From an uncultured Eubacteriales bacterium (lineage in GTDB: Bacteria > Acidobacteriota > Aminicenantia > Aminicenantales > Aminicenantaceae), in assembly GCA_964429695.1 (NCBI GenBank), contig CAYSCS010000073.1:12438-76437 (forward strand): a DNA stretch of 64,000 bases, in the 5' to 3' direction. Of this stretch, positions 1 through 8,777 are shown in pieces (within the stretch, counting starts at the first letter, position 1; every line of letters begins with the position of its first letter). A program made the position numbers and the translations under genes. A model generated the notes under the pieces. It saw nothing but the letters and a program-made list of their open reading frames with translations. It did not search any database and was not told the origin of the DNA.

Positions 1-199
1 GTACTCTCGGGGAAGGTGGGGAGCAAGCAATCCCTGATTTGCCAGTTTTTTTATTAGCGAAGGGTCGAATGTTTCCTCGCGCAGGCTTTTTTTGAGCAGA
101 GGTTTTATCTCCTCTTCTGCAAACTTTCTCGCCATATCCCTGAACATCCTCTGTTCTTCGTTAAGTTCAAAATCCATTTCCCCCTCTCTATTCGAAAAT

Positions 200-610
200 T
201 TACTCTCTTTCTTTCTTCTCGACGAGCTCAACCAGAACTCCATGTGTGGCGCTCGGATGGAGAAAGACACTCATTCCCTCCGCTCCTGGGCTTGGTTCAC
301 CCAGAACCTTTATTCCAGAAGCAGTGAGAAAGGAGATTTCTTCCTTTATGTCATCCACTTCAAAGCAGATGTGGTGAAAGCCCTCCCCCCTTTTCTCAAG
401 GAATTTTGCTATTACTCCTTCTTCCTGGGAAGGCTCAAGAAGTTCTATTGAAACTTCACCCACTTTGACCATGCTCACATTTATCGACCCACAAGCGGCA
501 ACAATCGGAGCGCTCGATTCAAGCTTGAAGACCTTGCGGTAGAAATCTCTCGCTTCTTCCAGATTTTTGACTGCAAACCCGAGGTGACTAACTTTTTTTA
601 TCATCCCCAA
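200..610 (-). CDS. VOC/glyoxalase-family protein, methylmalonyl-CoA epimerase-like
   Basis: 136 aa; two-module VOC fold pattern (HLGFAVKNLEEARDFY..., HICFEVDDI..., HPSATHGVLVELVE) typical of methylmalonyl-CoA epimerase. Confidence 0.65.
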   Translation of the reverse strand: MGMIKKVSHLGFAVKNLEEARDFYRKVFKLESSAPIVAACGSINVSMVKVGEVSIELLEPSQEEGVIAKFLEKRGEGFHHICFEVDDIKEEISFLTASGIKVLGEPSPGAEGMSVFLHPSATHGVLVELVEKKERE

Positions 611-968
611 CCTCCAGAATAGGTAGCCTTTGAAAACCTGTAAAAATCCAAAAATAAAGGCTTTCTTCTCAATTGATTTTTTTGTTTTTCCTGAAGAGTC
701 CTAGATTCAAGGCAAAAAAGATATAACACAGCAAACCTTCGATGTCAAAAGGAGAATCCCTGAGTATCTTGAATCCCAAAGACTTTTTTCTTTTAAGAAA
801 TAATTCAGCTTAAGAAAGGGTTTCTCGCGGAGAGTTTAGAGGAAGTAATCTGCCTCTATTCGCGTTTTTTTCATCTTTATCTTCTAAGGTTTGTTGGGGA
901 GAATTTCTTCCTTTAGGAAATTCCTTCATTCAGCTTAGCTTCCATCATTTTAAAAATTTTTAAAAAGC

Positions 969-2423
969 TTAGATTTTTTTTGCTTTCTTTTCTGCCTCTT
1001 CAACTACCTCACGGATTCTTTTTCTTACCTTGAAGGGAAGCGGTTCAGGTCTGCGTGTCTTTAAGATATAATTTATCCTTTCTTTAGCTCGCTCACTGAA
1101 GGGTTTCCCTCCTCGGCTAACCCAGGCCTCATAGTTAGCCCGCTCAAAGGTTGTGGGATACCAGCGCTCGCGGTAGTGTCTGAAGGTATGGTCTGTGTTA
1201 AGGAATTCACCGTCCGGACCTATTTGGGCTATTACTTCAAGGGCAAATGTTTCTTCGTTTACCTCAAATCTTCTCATGTAGGCTTTGATCCAGCTTACAA
1301 TCTCATCGCAGAGGACAAGCTGGGTGAATGAAAATGTCAATCCACTCTCAAGGTATCCAAGGTCATGGATGATGTTGCCTCCTGCAAGGGCTTCGACCAC
1401 AAGAGTCAAAGCTGCTTCGGCTGCTGCCTGCTCATCATTCAGTTTGGATTCAGAGGCTCCTCCGATGGAGAACATGGGGAGGCCATAAAAATGAGCCAGA
1501 GCCTGATTTATGGTCCTTTCCGGCTCAGCATAAGAAGTGACCAAAGTTCTCATATCGAATGTTCCTCCTGGAGGCATCCCGGAGACGATGAGAGGAGCTC
1601 CTTCTCTAACCAGTTGCGAAAGAACTAAGCCTACCAAAACCCCTGCATAATCCAAGGCTACAGACCCTTCAGGAGTGATGGGGCTGGTGAGACCAGCGGT
1701 TGAAGCAGGAATGTAAAGAGAAGGGAGATTTTTTTCAGCGAGAAAAAGAAGCTTCTCCAGAGCTTCTGTGTTATGTCTCAGCCCTGATATAACGTTTATA
1801 TAGCAAGCCAGCATGGGCTTTTCTCTTAACCCTTCCTCACCCTCCCTTACCACTTCAGCCATTTTGATAGCATCCCGACACCCTTCCATTTCATAGGCGA
1901 CAAAGATGATTGGTTTTGTCGTATATGTGAGCATAATCTCCATTTGATGGCGGTCAGCTATAGTCCCATCGACATCAGAGGGAAGCAGCATAGACATCAC
2001 GAAGTCGATATTATGAAGAGCATCACAAAGGATCGCTCCCTCTCTTACATCTTGGAGCAGAGGTTTGCGTCGCTTGAAAGAGCGATGGTCAAGAATGTTG
2101 AGACAATCTGAGCCTGGCCCAAAGAAACAATTGTGTCCTTCTATGGGCATGGCGAGATTTCCCTCTCGGTCATATAAGTCAACTCGCTTTGGGGCAGTTT
2201 TTAAGGCATCTTCTACTAGCTTTGGGGGAATATGCACAAGATTGCCATCTTCAACCTTAGCTCCTGCTTTCTTGATTAGTTCTAAAGCTTCTTCCAAGAA
2301 GAGGCGAACGCCGATTCGTTCTAATATTTCCAGGCTAGCCTCGTGAATTCTCCGGCATTCTTTTTCCGAAAGGCGAGGGAAACGAAATTCTTTTGATGCT
2401 CTGTTTTTCTTTAGATTTTGCAT
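969..2423 (-). CDS. MttB-superfamily methyltransferase (trimethylamine/quaternary amine:corrinoid methyltransferase-like), pyrrolysine-free
   Basis: 484 aa uninterrupted ORF; overall resemblance to MttB TIM-barrel family (length, conserved acidic/aromatic blocks); no in-frame amber codon. Confidence 0.6.
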   Translation of the reverse strand: MQNLKKNRASKEFRFPRLSEKECRRIHEASLEILERIGVRLFLEEALELIKKAGAKVEDGNLVHIPPKLVEDALKTAPKRVDLYDREGNLAMPIEGHNCFFGPGSDCLNILDHRSFKRRKPLLQDVREGAILCDALHNIDFVMSMLLPSDVDGTIADRHQMEIMLTYTTKPIIFVAYEMEGCRDAIKMAEVVREGEEGLREKPMLACYINVISGLRHNTEALEKLLFLAEKNLPSLYIPASTAGLTSPITPEGSVALDYAGVLVGLVLSQLVREGAPLIVSGMPPGGTFDMRTLVTSYAEPERTINQALAHFYGLPMFSIGGASESKLNDEQAAAEAALTLVVEALAGGNIIHDLGYLESGLTFSFTQLVLCDEIVSWIKAYMRRFEVNEETFALEVIAQIGPDGEFLNTDHTFRHYRERWYPTTFERANYEAWVSRGGKPFSERAKERINYILKTRRPEPLPFKVRKRIREVVEEAEKKAKKI

Positions 2424-2519
2424 TCCATTTCTCCTTTCAGATTTTTAACGAAAAGATATCTTCTTAAAGGCTGTTACCAATTACGACCTTAATCTACTCA
2501 CGCCTAGGACCCTCTCGAC

Positions 2520-3743
2520 TCAGAGATTTTTTATTTTTTTATGCATGATGGTCAGGGCTGAGACAAGACCTGAGATGTTCATCATGACCACGAAGGAGAA
2601 GAGATACCTGTATCCCAGACTACCAGGGAATTTATCGAGCAGGACTCCTCCCAAAAGAGGTATAAAGACATCCGGAGTATAACCAATAACAGAAATAATT
2701 CCTGTGGCTGTGCCCGTGACCATAAAGGGAATGCCACCTTCTTCCAACAAGGCGTAATAAATACCCCTCAAGGCGAAGATGGCAAAAGAGGCTAGGGCTG
2801 CGTTAGCGACTAAGATAAACACTAGCCGAGGATTTCCTGGAGTGAATATGAAGATGCTGAAGCTCAAAATTAAAATCAAAAATGACCAGGATGTAGTTTT
2901 AGAAACCCCAACTCTATCGGCAAGAAATCCAGCTGCCACAGCCACTACCGGCTTAAGCCACATTTTCCCTACGCCTATGGCTCCCCCAAAGACAACACTC
3001 ATCAAAAAAACATCTGTAGCATAGGGCGTAAAATAATACGCTCCCCAGTAAGCACAATAAGCTCCAAGAATGACCATTGAAACCAACCACACTACGGGCA
3101 TCTTCAAGACCATGATGATCTGATTTAATCCAATCTTTTGTTTTTTAAGCTTTGTCTCTTCTCGGGTAGAGTCTTTCAGGGTAAACCAGGCCATTATCCC
3201 CATTAAGATATCTATGATGGAAAATATGATTGTGACCCATGAGAGGGCTAATCTCTCGCTTCCCAGGCGAGCGAAGATAGCCAGCAAAGCCGTAGAGCTT
3301 GCTACTTCAGCAATTCCTCTCCCCCCTTCCAAGATTCCGAAAGCTCTTCCCTGTTCGTCACTGGGAGCCCAGTTCCGGGTAGCCTTGATCATGGCTCCCC
3401 AGAAAGTTAAGCTACAGGTTATTCCCCATAAAGCATGGATGGCAAGCGAGATAAGATAGGGAGGAAAGGAGGCAAAATAGAGACCAGAAAAACCTGTTAA
3501 AAGCATGGAGAGGGTGATGAGCTTTCGGGAAGATATGCGGTCGGCAAGCCAGCCTCCTGGGAAATAGGAAACCAAAGCTGTGGTCCCAAAAACACCCATC
3601 ATCACTCCAAATTGAGTGTTGCTAAGGTTCAAAGCCTTCTGCAAAGGAAGGTAATAGACTTCCCTCAGAAAAGGGAGGAGATAGATGATTCCCCCTGAAA
3701 GAGAGAGACAGGCCATCACCAGCCAGCGGCGGATTGAACTCAC
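2520..3743 (-). CDS. MFS transporter
   Basis: 407 aa, about 12 predicted TM helices, MFS signature-like GxLaDRxGxRk segment (GGWLADRISSRK). Confidence 0.75.
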   Translation of the reverse strand: MSSIRRWLVMACLSLSGGIIYLLPFLREVYYLPLQKALNLSNTQFGVMMGVFGTTALVSYFPGGWLADRISSRKLITLSMLLTGFSGLYFASFPPYLISLAIHALWGITCSLTFWGAMIKATRNWAPSDEQGRAFGILEGGRGIAEVASSTALLAIFARLGSERLALSWVTIIFSIIDILMGIMAWFTLKDSTREETKLKKQKIGLNQIIMVLKMPVVWLVSMVILGAYCAYWGAYYFTPYATDVFLMSVVFGGAIGVGKMWLKPVVAVAAGFLADRVGVSKTTSWSFLILILSFSIFIFTPGNPRLVFILVANAALASFAIFALRGIYYALLEEGGIPFMVTGTATGIISVIGYTPDVFIPLLGGVLLDKFPGSLGYRYLFSFVVMMNISGLVSALTIMHKKIKNL

Positions 3744-4520
3744 TCTTTGAATTTCTCTTCCTTATTCCGATTACCACACTCTGAAGCATAACTCAAATAT
3801 TTTTATTTGCGAAGTATAATCTTTATGAAAAGGCATTTAGAATCGAGTTTAAATAAGAAAAATTAAACTTTTATGACTCTTCTCCAAATTAGTTGATTAA
3901 AATATGTATGGGGAAAAAGAAATAGATGCCTTCTCTTATTCTTGAGGCATAAAATTAAAGAGCTAAAGAAGTTATTCTTCCGGCCCTTAATCCCAAGTCA
4001 TGTTGATGATATTTCTTAGTTATTAGGTAGAAAATTAAAATTTTTTTCAATAATCCAGAGATGAACAGGATTTTATGTCTCGAAAAATTTCAGGCAGTTT
4101 TGATTCTTAATCTCTGGTGATGATATCCTGGGAGGTGATTCCTGCTAAAATTAAACGATGTTTTAGGTAATTTATGATAATGAGAGAGAAAATCCTTCTT
4201 TTAATATTTTTTTAACCTTTAAAAATTGAGCTCCTATAGCCTTCTTTTCTCCAAGGAGTATTTTATCTCTCAGGTAAAGGCTTCTAAATGATGTTTTAAA
4301 GGAAAAAGACAAGGAATTAATTGGAGCTTTTAGTAAATTAAAGAAAAGAAGAGCCTAAATAAAGAGGAAAATTGGATTTTTTTTGTGCTCGCTTTTTTTT
4401 TGTAAATCTGGCATAATTCTTTCTCATTCCCTGTGCCTTCAATGCTGAATGAAGATTGGTTCCTTAAGGGGTTTATCCTTCTTTTTTTTGAATCCCACCC
4501 AAAAATAAGAGGTTCAGGCC

Positions 4521-5618
4521 ATGAAGAAATTATTCAGAGAGAATATCACCACAATTAATCAATATGAGCCAGGGCTTCCACTCGAGCTTCTGCGCAAGAA
4601 AATTTCTTTTAGAGGGAAGTTCTCCAAGCTTGCTTCAAATGAGAATCCCCTGGGACCATCGCCTCTTGCCTTGAGAGCGCTCAGGAATTCGCTTAAAGAA
4701 GGAAACTATTATCCCGAAAACACATGTTTTAAATTGAGGGAGAAGCTATCCGAAAATTTAAGGATACCCCCTGCCAATATTTGCGTAGGAAATGGTTCAG
4801 CAGAATTGATTTATCTTCTTGGGCTTGTTTTTTTGAATCCAGAGGATACTCTAGTTACGAGTGAATGTTCTTTCATGATGGGACGAGTTGTCTCTCAAAT
4901 CATGGCTTCAAAATTGGTTGAGGTTCCGCTTAGAGGATTCAAGCATGATTTAGACTCTATTCTGGAGGCCATTACCGAGGAGACCAAGATCATCTACCTC
5001 GATAATCCCATGAATCCCATTGGCACCATGGTAGATAAAAATGAGGTCTCAAGATTCATGTCTCGAATCGATGAAGATGTTGTTGTGGTTTTCGATGAGG
5101 CTTACTATGAATATGCAGAGGGGGAGAATTTTCCTCAAACGGTTGAATATGTGAAGGAAGGGAGAAATGTCATCGTCCTTCGTACCTTTTCAAAATTATA
5201 CGGGCTCGCAGGGCTCAGGATAGGGTACTGTATCGCAAAAGAAGAATTCGTGAAATGCCTCCAGCAGGTAAAGCCCCCCTTCTCAGTCAACAGGCTTGCT
5301 CAAGAAGCAGCTCTGGCTGCTCTTGAAGATGAAAAGCACAAAAAAAAGTCACTCGAAATAAATGCTTCAGGCAAAAAATACTTAACCGAAAAATTTAAGG
5401 AGATGTCTGTTTTTTTCATTCCTTCAGAGACGAATTTCTTGACTATTGATGTTAAAAGAGATGCCAAGCAGATGGCAGAGATGTTGGAAAAAAAGGGGGT
5501 CATCGTCAGGCCCCTCACCATGTACCAAAAACCCACCTTCATCCGCATCACAATCGGAACAGAAAAAGAGAACCAGAGGTTTATCCGGGCTTTTAGGGAA
5601 ATCTGGGAGATGGGGTGA
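4521..5618 (+). CDS. class I/II PLP aminotransferase, histidinol-phosphate/aromatic aminotransferase-like
   Basis: 365 aa; NENPLGPSP motif, SKxY(G)LAGLRIGY PLP-lysine region; sits immediately upstream of iorAB. Confidence 0.8.
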   Translation: MKKLFRENITTINQYEPGLPLELLRKKISFRGKFSKLASNENPLGPSPLALRALRNSLKEGNYYPENTCFKLREKLSENLRIPPANICVGNGSAELIYLLGLVFLNPEDTLVTSECSFMMGRVVSQIMASKLVEVPLRGFKHDLDSILEAITEETKIIYLDNPMNPIGTMVDKNEVSRFMSRIDEDVVVVFDEAYYEYAEGENFPQTVEYVKEGRNVIVLRTFSKLYGLAGLRIGYCIAKEEFVKCLQQVKPPFSVNRLAQEAALAALEDEKHKKKSLEINASGKKYLTEKFKEMSVFFIPSETNFLTIDVKRDAKQMAEMLEKKGVIVRPLTMYQKPTFIRITIGTEKENQRFIRAFREIWEMG

Positions 5619-5641
5619 GGGAGGGGAGGAGGAAGGGGGGA

Positions 5642-7516
5642 ATGACTTCATTGAAGAAAGAGGAGATGAGAGTTCTTTTGGGGAATGTTGCCATAGCGAG
5701 GGGAATTGTAGAGGCGGGATGTCATTTTGTGGCTTCCTATCCCGGCACCCCGAGCTCTGAGATTGTTCCTGGAGTTGTCTCATACAAAAAGGAACTCGAC
5801 CTCAACACTTATATAGAATGGTCAGCGAATGAGAAAATTGCCTTTGACAATGCACTTGCCGCCAGCCTCACGGGAAAGAGGTCGGCTGTGGCCATGAAGC
5901 AGGTCGGACTCAATGTGGCCTCTGATTCCCTGCTTAGCTCTGCCTACACTGGGGTTGTGGGAGGAATGGTCATCATAAGCTGTGATGACCCAGGGCCGCA
6001 TAGCTCACAGACAGAACAGGATTCAAGGTTCTTTGCCATGTTCGCCAAAATTCCTGCCCTTGATCCCTCTTCACCCCAAGAAGCAAAGGATATGGTCAAA
6101 GATGCCTTCGAGCTTTCGGAGGAATTTGAAATCCCAGTTCTTCTCAGGCCGACGATTCGAGTTTCCCATGCCAAGCAGCTCGTTCGACTGGATACTCCGA
6201 AAGTCATTCCCAGAAGAGCAAATTTCAGGAAGAACCCAGAGCGATGGGCAGCAACTCCTCGCTCTAGGCTTCTCCTCCATAAAAGGCTGAACGAGATTCT
6301 GAAGAGGGTGGAGGAAAGATTTGAGGAGGAAAGCAGATGGAATTTCGAGCTTTATTCCTCAAAGAAGGCGGTGTTAGGAATAATAAGCAGCAGTGTGAGC
6401 TTTGCCATAATCAGAGAATTGATTGATGAGTTGAATCTTGGAGAATATGTTTGTCTGTTGAAGATTGGGACTCCTTTTCCTCTTCCTTTAAAGAGGGTTG
6501 AGCGATTCATCCGTCGCCACAGAAGAATCTTGATCATAGAGGAGCCCGGACCATTAATCGAGCTCCAGATAGGAGATAGAAGGCGAGTCTCAGGCAGGAT
6601 GAGCGGCCATGTTCCCCTAGAAGGTGAGCTCACCCCCGAGGTAATCTACGAAATTTTAGCCAGTGTCCTGAGAAGTGAAAACTTGAAGAACTTAGAAAAA
6701 ACAAGAGATGAGGAACTTGAGGAATTGATCGAAGGTCTTTCTCTTCCATCACGTCGTCCCACTTTATGCGCTGGCTGTCCAGAGAGAGCCGCATTTTTCG
6801 CCATTAGAAAGGCCTTCCCCAAGGGAATTTACCCCAGTGACATAGGATGCTATACCTTAGGACTTAACCTCAAGGCTGTGGATACTGTAATCGATATGGG
6901 AGCAGGGATTACCCTTGCCAGCGGATTTTATCATGCCTACGCTCAGGATGGGAAGAGGATTCCAATAATCGCCACAATCGGAGATTCCACCTTCTATCAT
7001 TCAGGACCATCTGGACTCTTGAATGCTGTTTACAACGATTCAAGATTCATCCTGGTTATCCTGGATAATGAAATTACTGCCATGACTGGAATGCAGCCAA
7101 CGCCAGGCCTCGGAGTAAGGGCTGATCAAAGCGCGGGGAAAAGAGTCCCTCTTGAAGACCTGGTCAAAGGATGTGGTGTTGGTTGGCTGAGAGTTATAGA
7201 CCCCTATGATGTTAGAAACATGGTTGAAGTTTTGAAAGAAGCCGATAAATACACGAGAAGAGAGGACGGGGGAATTGCGGTCATCATTGCCCGTCACCCC
7301 TGCCTCATCAATTATCCTGAATCTTTGAAGGGAAAAAAGGTTAGAGTGAAGATAACAGAGGAATGCAATGGCTGTGGATATTGCCTTGAGTTTTTCGAGT
7401 GTCCCGCTTTAAAGATGGATGATGAAGAAAAACGAGTGGAGATTGACCGTGGACTCTGTGTGGATTGTGGAGTCTGTGTGAATTCCTGCCTTAAAGGAGC
7501 AATCATAGAAGCTTAG
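5642..7516 (+). CDS. iorA: indolepyruvate:ferredoxin oxidoreductase alpha subunit
   Basis: TPP-dependent 2-oxoacid:ferredoxin oxidoreductase domains plus C-terminal 2x[4Fe-4S] motif (CNGCGYC...CP, CVDCGVCVNSC); ATG at 5642 with GGAGG-rich RBS (track start at 5615 is GTG). Confidence 0.85.
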   Translation: MTSLKKEEMRVLLGNVAIARGIVEAGCHFVASYPGTPSSEIVPGVVSYKKELDLNTYIEWSANEKIAFDNALAASLTGKRSAVAMKQVGLNVASDSLLSSAYTGVVGGMVIISCDDPGPHSSQTEQDSRFFAMFAKIPALDPSSPQEAKDMVKDAFELSEEFEIPVLLRPTIRVSHAKQLVRLDTPKVIPRRANFRKNPERWAATPRSRLLLHKRLNEILKRVEERFEEESRWNFELYSSKKAVLGIISSSVSFAIIRELIDELNLGEYVCLLKIGTPFPLPLKRVERFIRRHRRILIIEEPGPLIELQIGDRRRVSGRMSGHVPLEGELTPEVIYEILASVLRSENLKNLEKTRDEELEELIEGLSLPSRRPTLCAGCPERAAFFAIRKAFPKGIYPSDIGCYTLGLNLKAVDTVIDMGAGITLASGFYHAYAQDGKRIPIIATIGDSTFYHSGPSGLLNAVYNDSRFILVILDNEITAMTGMQPTPGLGVRADQSAGKRVPLEDLVKGCGVGWLRVIDPYDVRNMVEVLKEADKYTRREDGGIAVIIARHPCLINYPESLKGKKVRVKITEECNGCGYCLEFFECPALKMDDEEKRVEIDRGLCVDCGVCVNSCLKGAIIEA

Positions 7517-7522
7517 GAATTA

Positions 7523-8089
7523 ATGAGATTGAAGATCATTTTTACCGGGATTGGAGGACAGGGAATAATCTTTTCTTCTAGGTTATTCTCCGAGCTGGGA
7601 AGGAAAATGGGGCTGGGAGTGATGGGTTCAGAAACCCATGGAATGAGTCAGAGAGGGGGCTCGGTCATCGCCCATTTGAAGCTCGGTGAATTCTGGAGCC
7701 CTTTGATCCGCAAAGGGACTGCTGATTTCTTGTTTTCCTTTGAAGAGAGTGAGACCTACAGGAACTTGAGCTACCTCAGAAAAGGAGGAGTGTGTTTTAC
7801 AAACCTCATACTTCGCCGTAGATTTAACGAAAAGGTGCTCAATAATCTCAAGAAAAAACGCATAACCTTCGTTGCCTACGACGCAAGTCAAAAGGCTTCA
7901 AGAATTGGTCTGCCGATGTTCTCAAACATGGTTCTTATCGGTTATTCTCTGGGCACAGGGCTTCTTCCCTTCGCTTATCACAAGCTGAGAGCTGTTCTTG
8001 AAGAGATGAGTCCAGCAAAACACAAAGAAATGAACCTTAGGTCCCTTGAGGCAGGCTATAGGGAAGGGAAGAGAAAGTGGAAGCGCTGA
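7523..8089 (+). CDS. iorB: indolepyruvate:ferredoxin oxidoreductase beta subunit
   Basis: 188 aa; GIGGQGI motif of pyruvate/2-ketoisovalerate oxidoreductase gamma-like family; 6 bp after iorA stop. Confidence 0.8.
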   Translation: MRLKIIFTGIGGQGIIFSSRLFSELGRKMGLGVMGSETHGMSQRGGSVIAHLKLGEFWSPLIRKGTADFLFSFEESETYRNLSYLRKGGVCFTNLILRRRFNEKVLNNLKKKRITFVAYDASQKASRIGLPMFSNMVLIGYSLGTGLLPFAYHKLRAVLEEMSPAKHKEMNLRSLEAGYREGKRKWKR

Positions 8090-8777
8090 GAGATGCTCGC
8101 AGACCAAAACTGATTCTCACTTTAAAAAATTCTGGTTACCAAACTTTTATTTTAAAGTAAGATAAAGGCTCAAAGCCTTGAAAGCATCGCCAAAAATTAA
8201 GAAGAAAAATTTTATTCTTCGCAGGATAAAGGAAGATGAGAGTTGGCCAGGAATATAGAGTATTTTCTTGAATCCCAAACAGTCCTTTTGGATTCTTTAA
8301 AAATGATTTTGCTCAAGAAGATGCACGTCTCTAGCTTATTAAGGAGAAGATCTTTAGTAAGGCTAAAGCAGTGATTAAGAGGCGAATCTTAGACCTTTTT
8401 ATCGCCGATTTTTTGCTAGGGTTGTAAAGACTTAAAAGAGAGTCTAAAGAAAAGAGATATACTTTTATCTCCAGTCTTCCCCTTTCCTTTATCAGGCTCA
8501 AGCCTTCGCCGAGGAAATAAATGTTCTTCCCCCCATACAATCGGAATCTTTTTTCTAAAATTGTTGGAAATAAGGTCAAGCCACGATAAAATGCGTGAGG
8601 AGAGATAAAATTTCTACTAAAAGGCTAATGCCACCTGAGTTTTGAAACTTCCCCTCTTAATATGCTGAGCTTGACATAGAGGGGATTTCTATACTATAGA
8701 GAAAATCCATTCACAAGACAGAGGGATTGGATTTAAAGTCTTTAATTTCTCAGAAATAATTAAAGAGGAGGGATTAA

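Noticed and set aside
92-451. Plus-strand 119-aa ORF overlapping the epimerase-like gene, and many similar 60-190-aa ORFs antisense to or out of frame with confident genes (e.g. 1285-1628, 2065-2346, 5300-5783, 13025-13582, 21449-21799, 23508-23873, 38379-38691, 62124-62363)
   Set aside because: Low-complexity or implausible composition, fully embedded in better-supported genes on the other strand or frame; treated as six-frame noise
969-2423. Pyrrolysine (in-frame UAG) in the MttB homolog
   Set aside because: ORF is uninterrupted from start to stop; non-Pyl member
8331-8579. 82-aa minus-strand ORF in the iorB-to-dehydrogenase intergenic region
   Set aside because: No RBS, lysine/leucine-rich low-complexity translation; more likely non-coding promoter region
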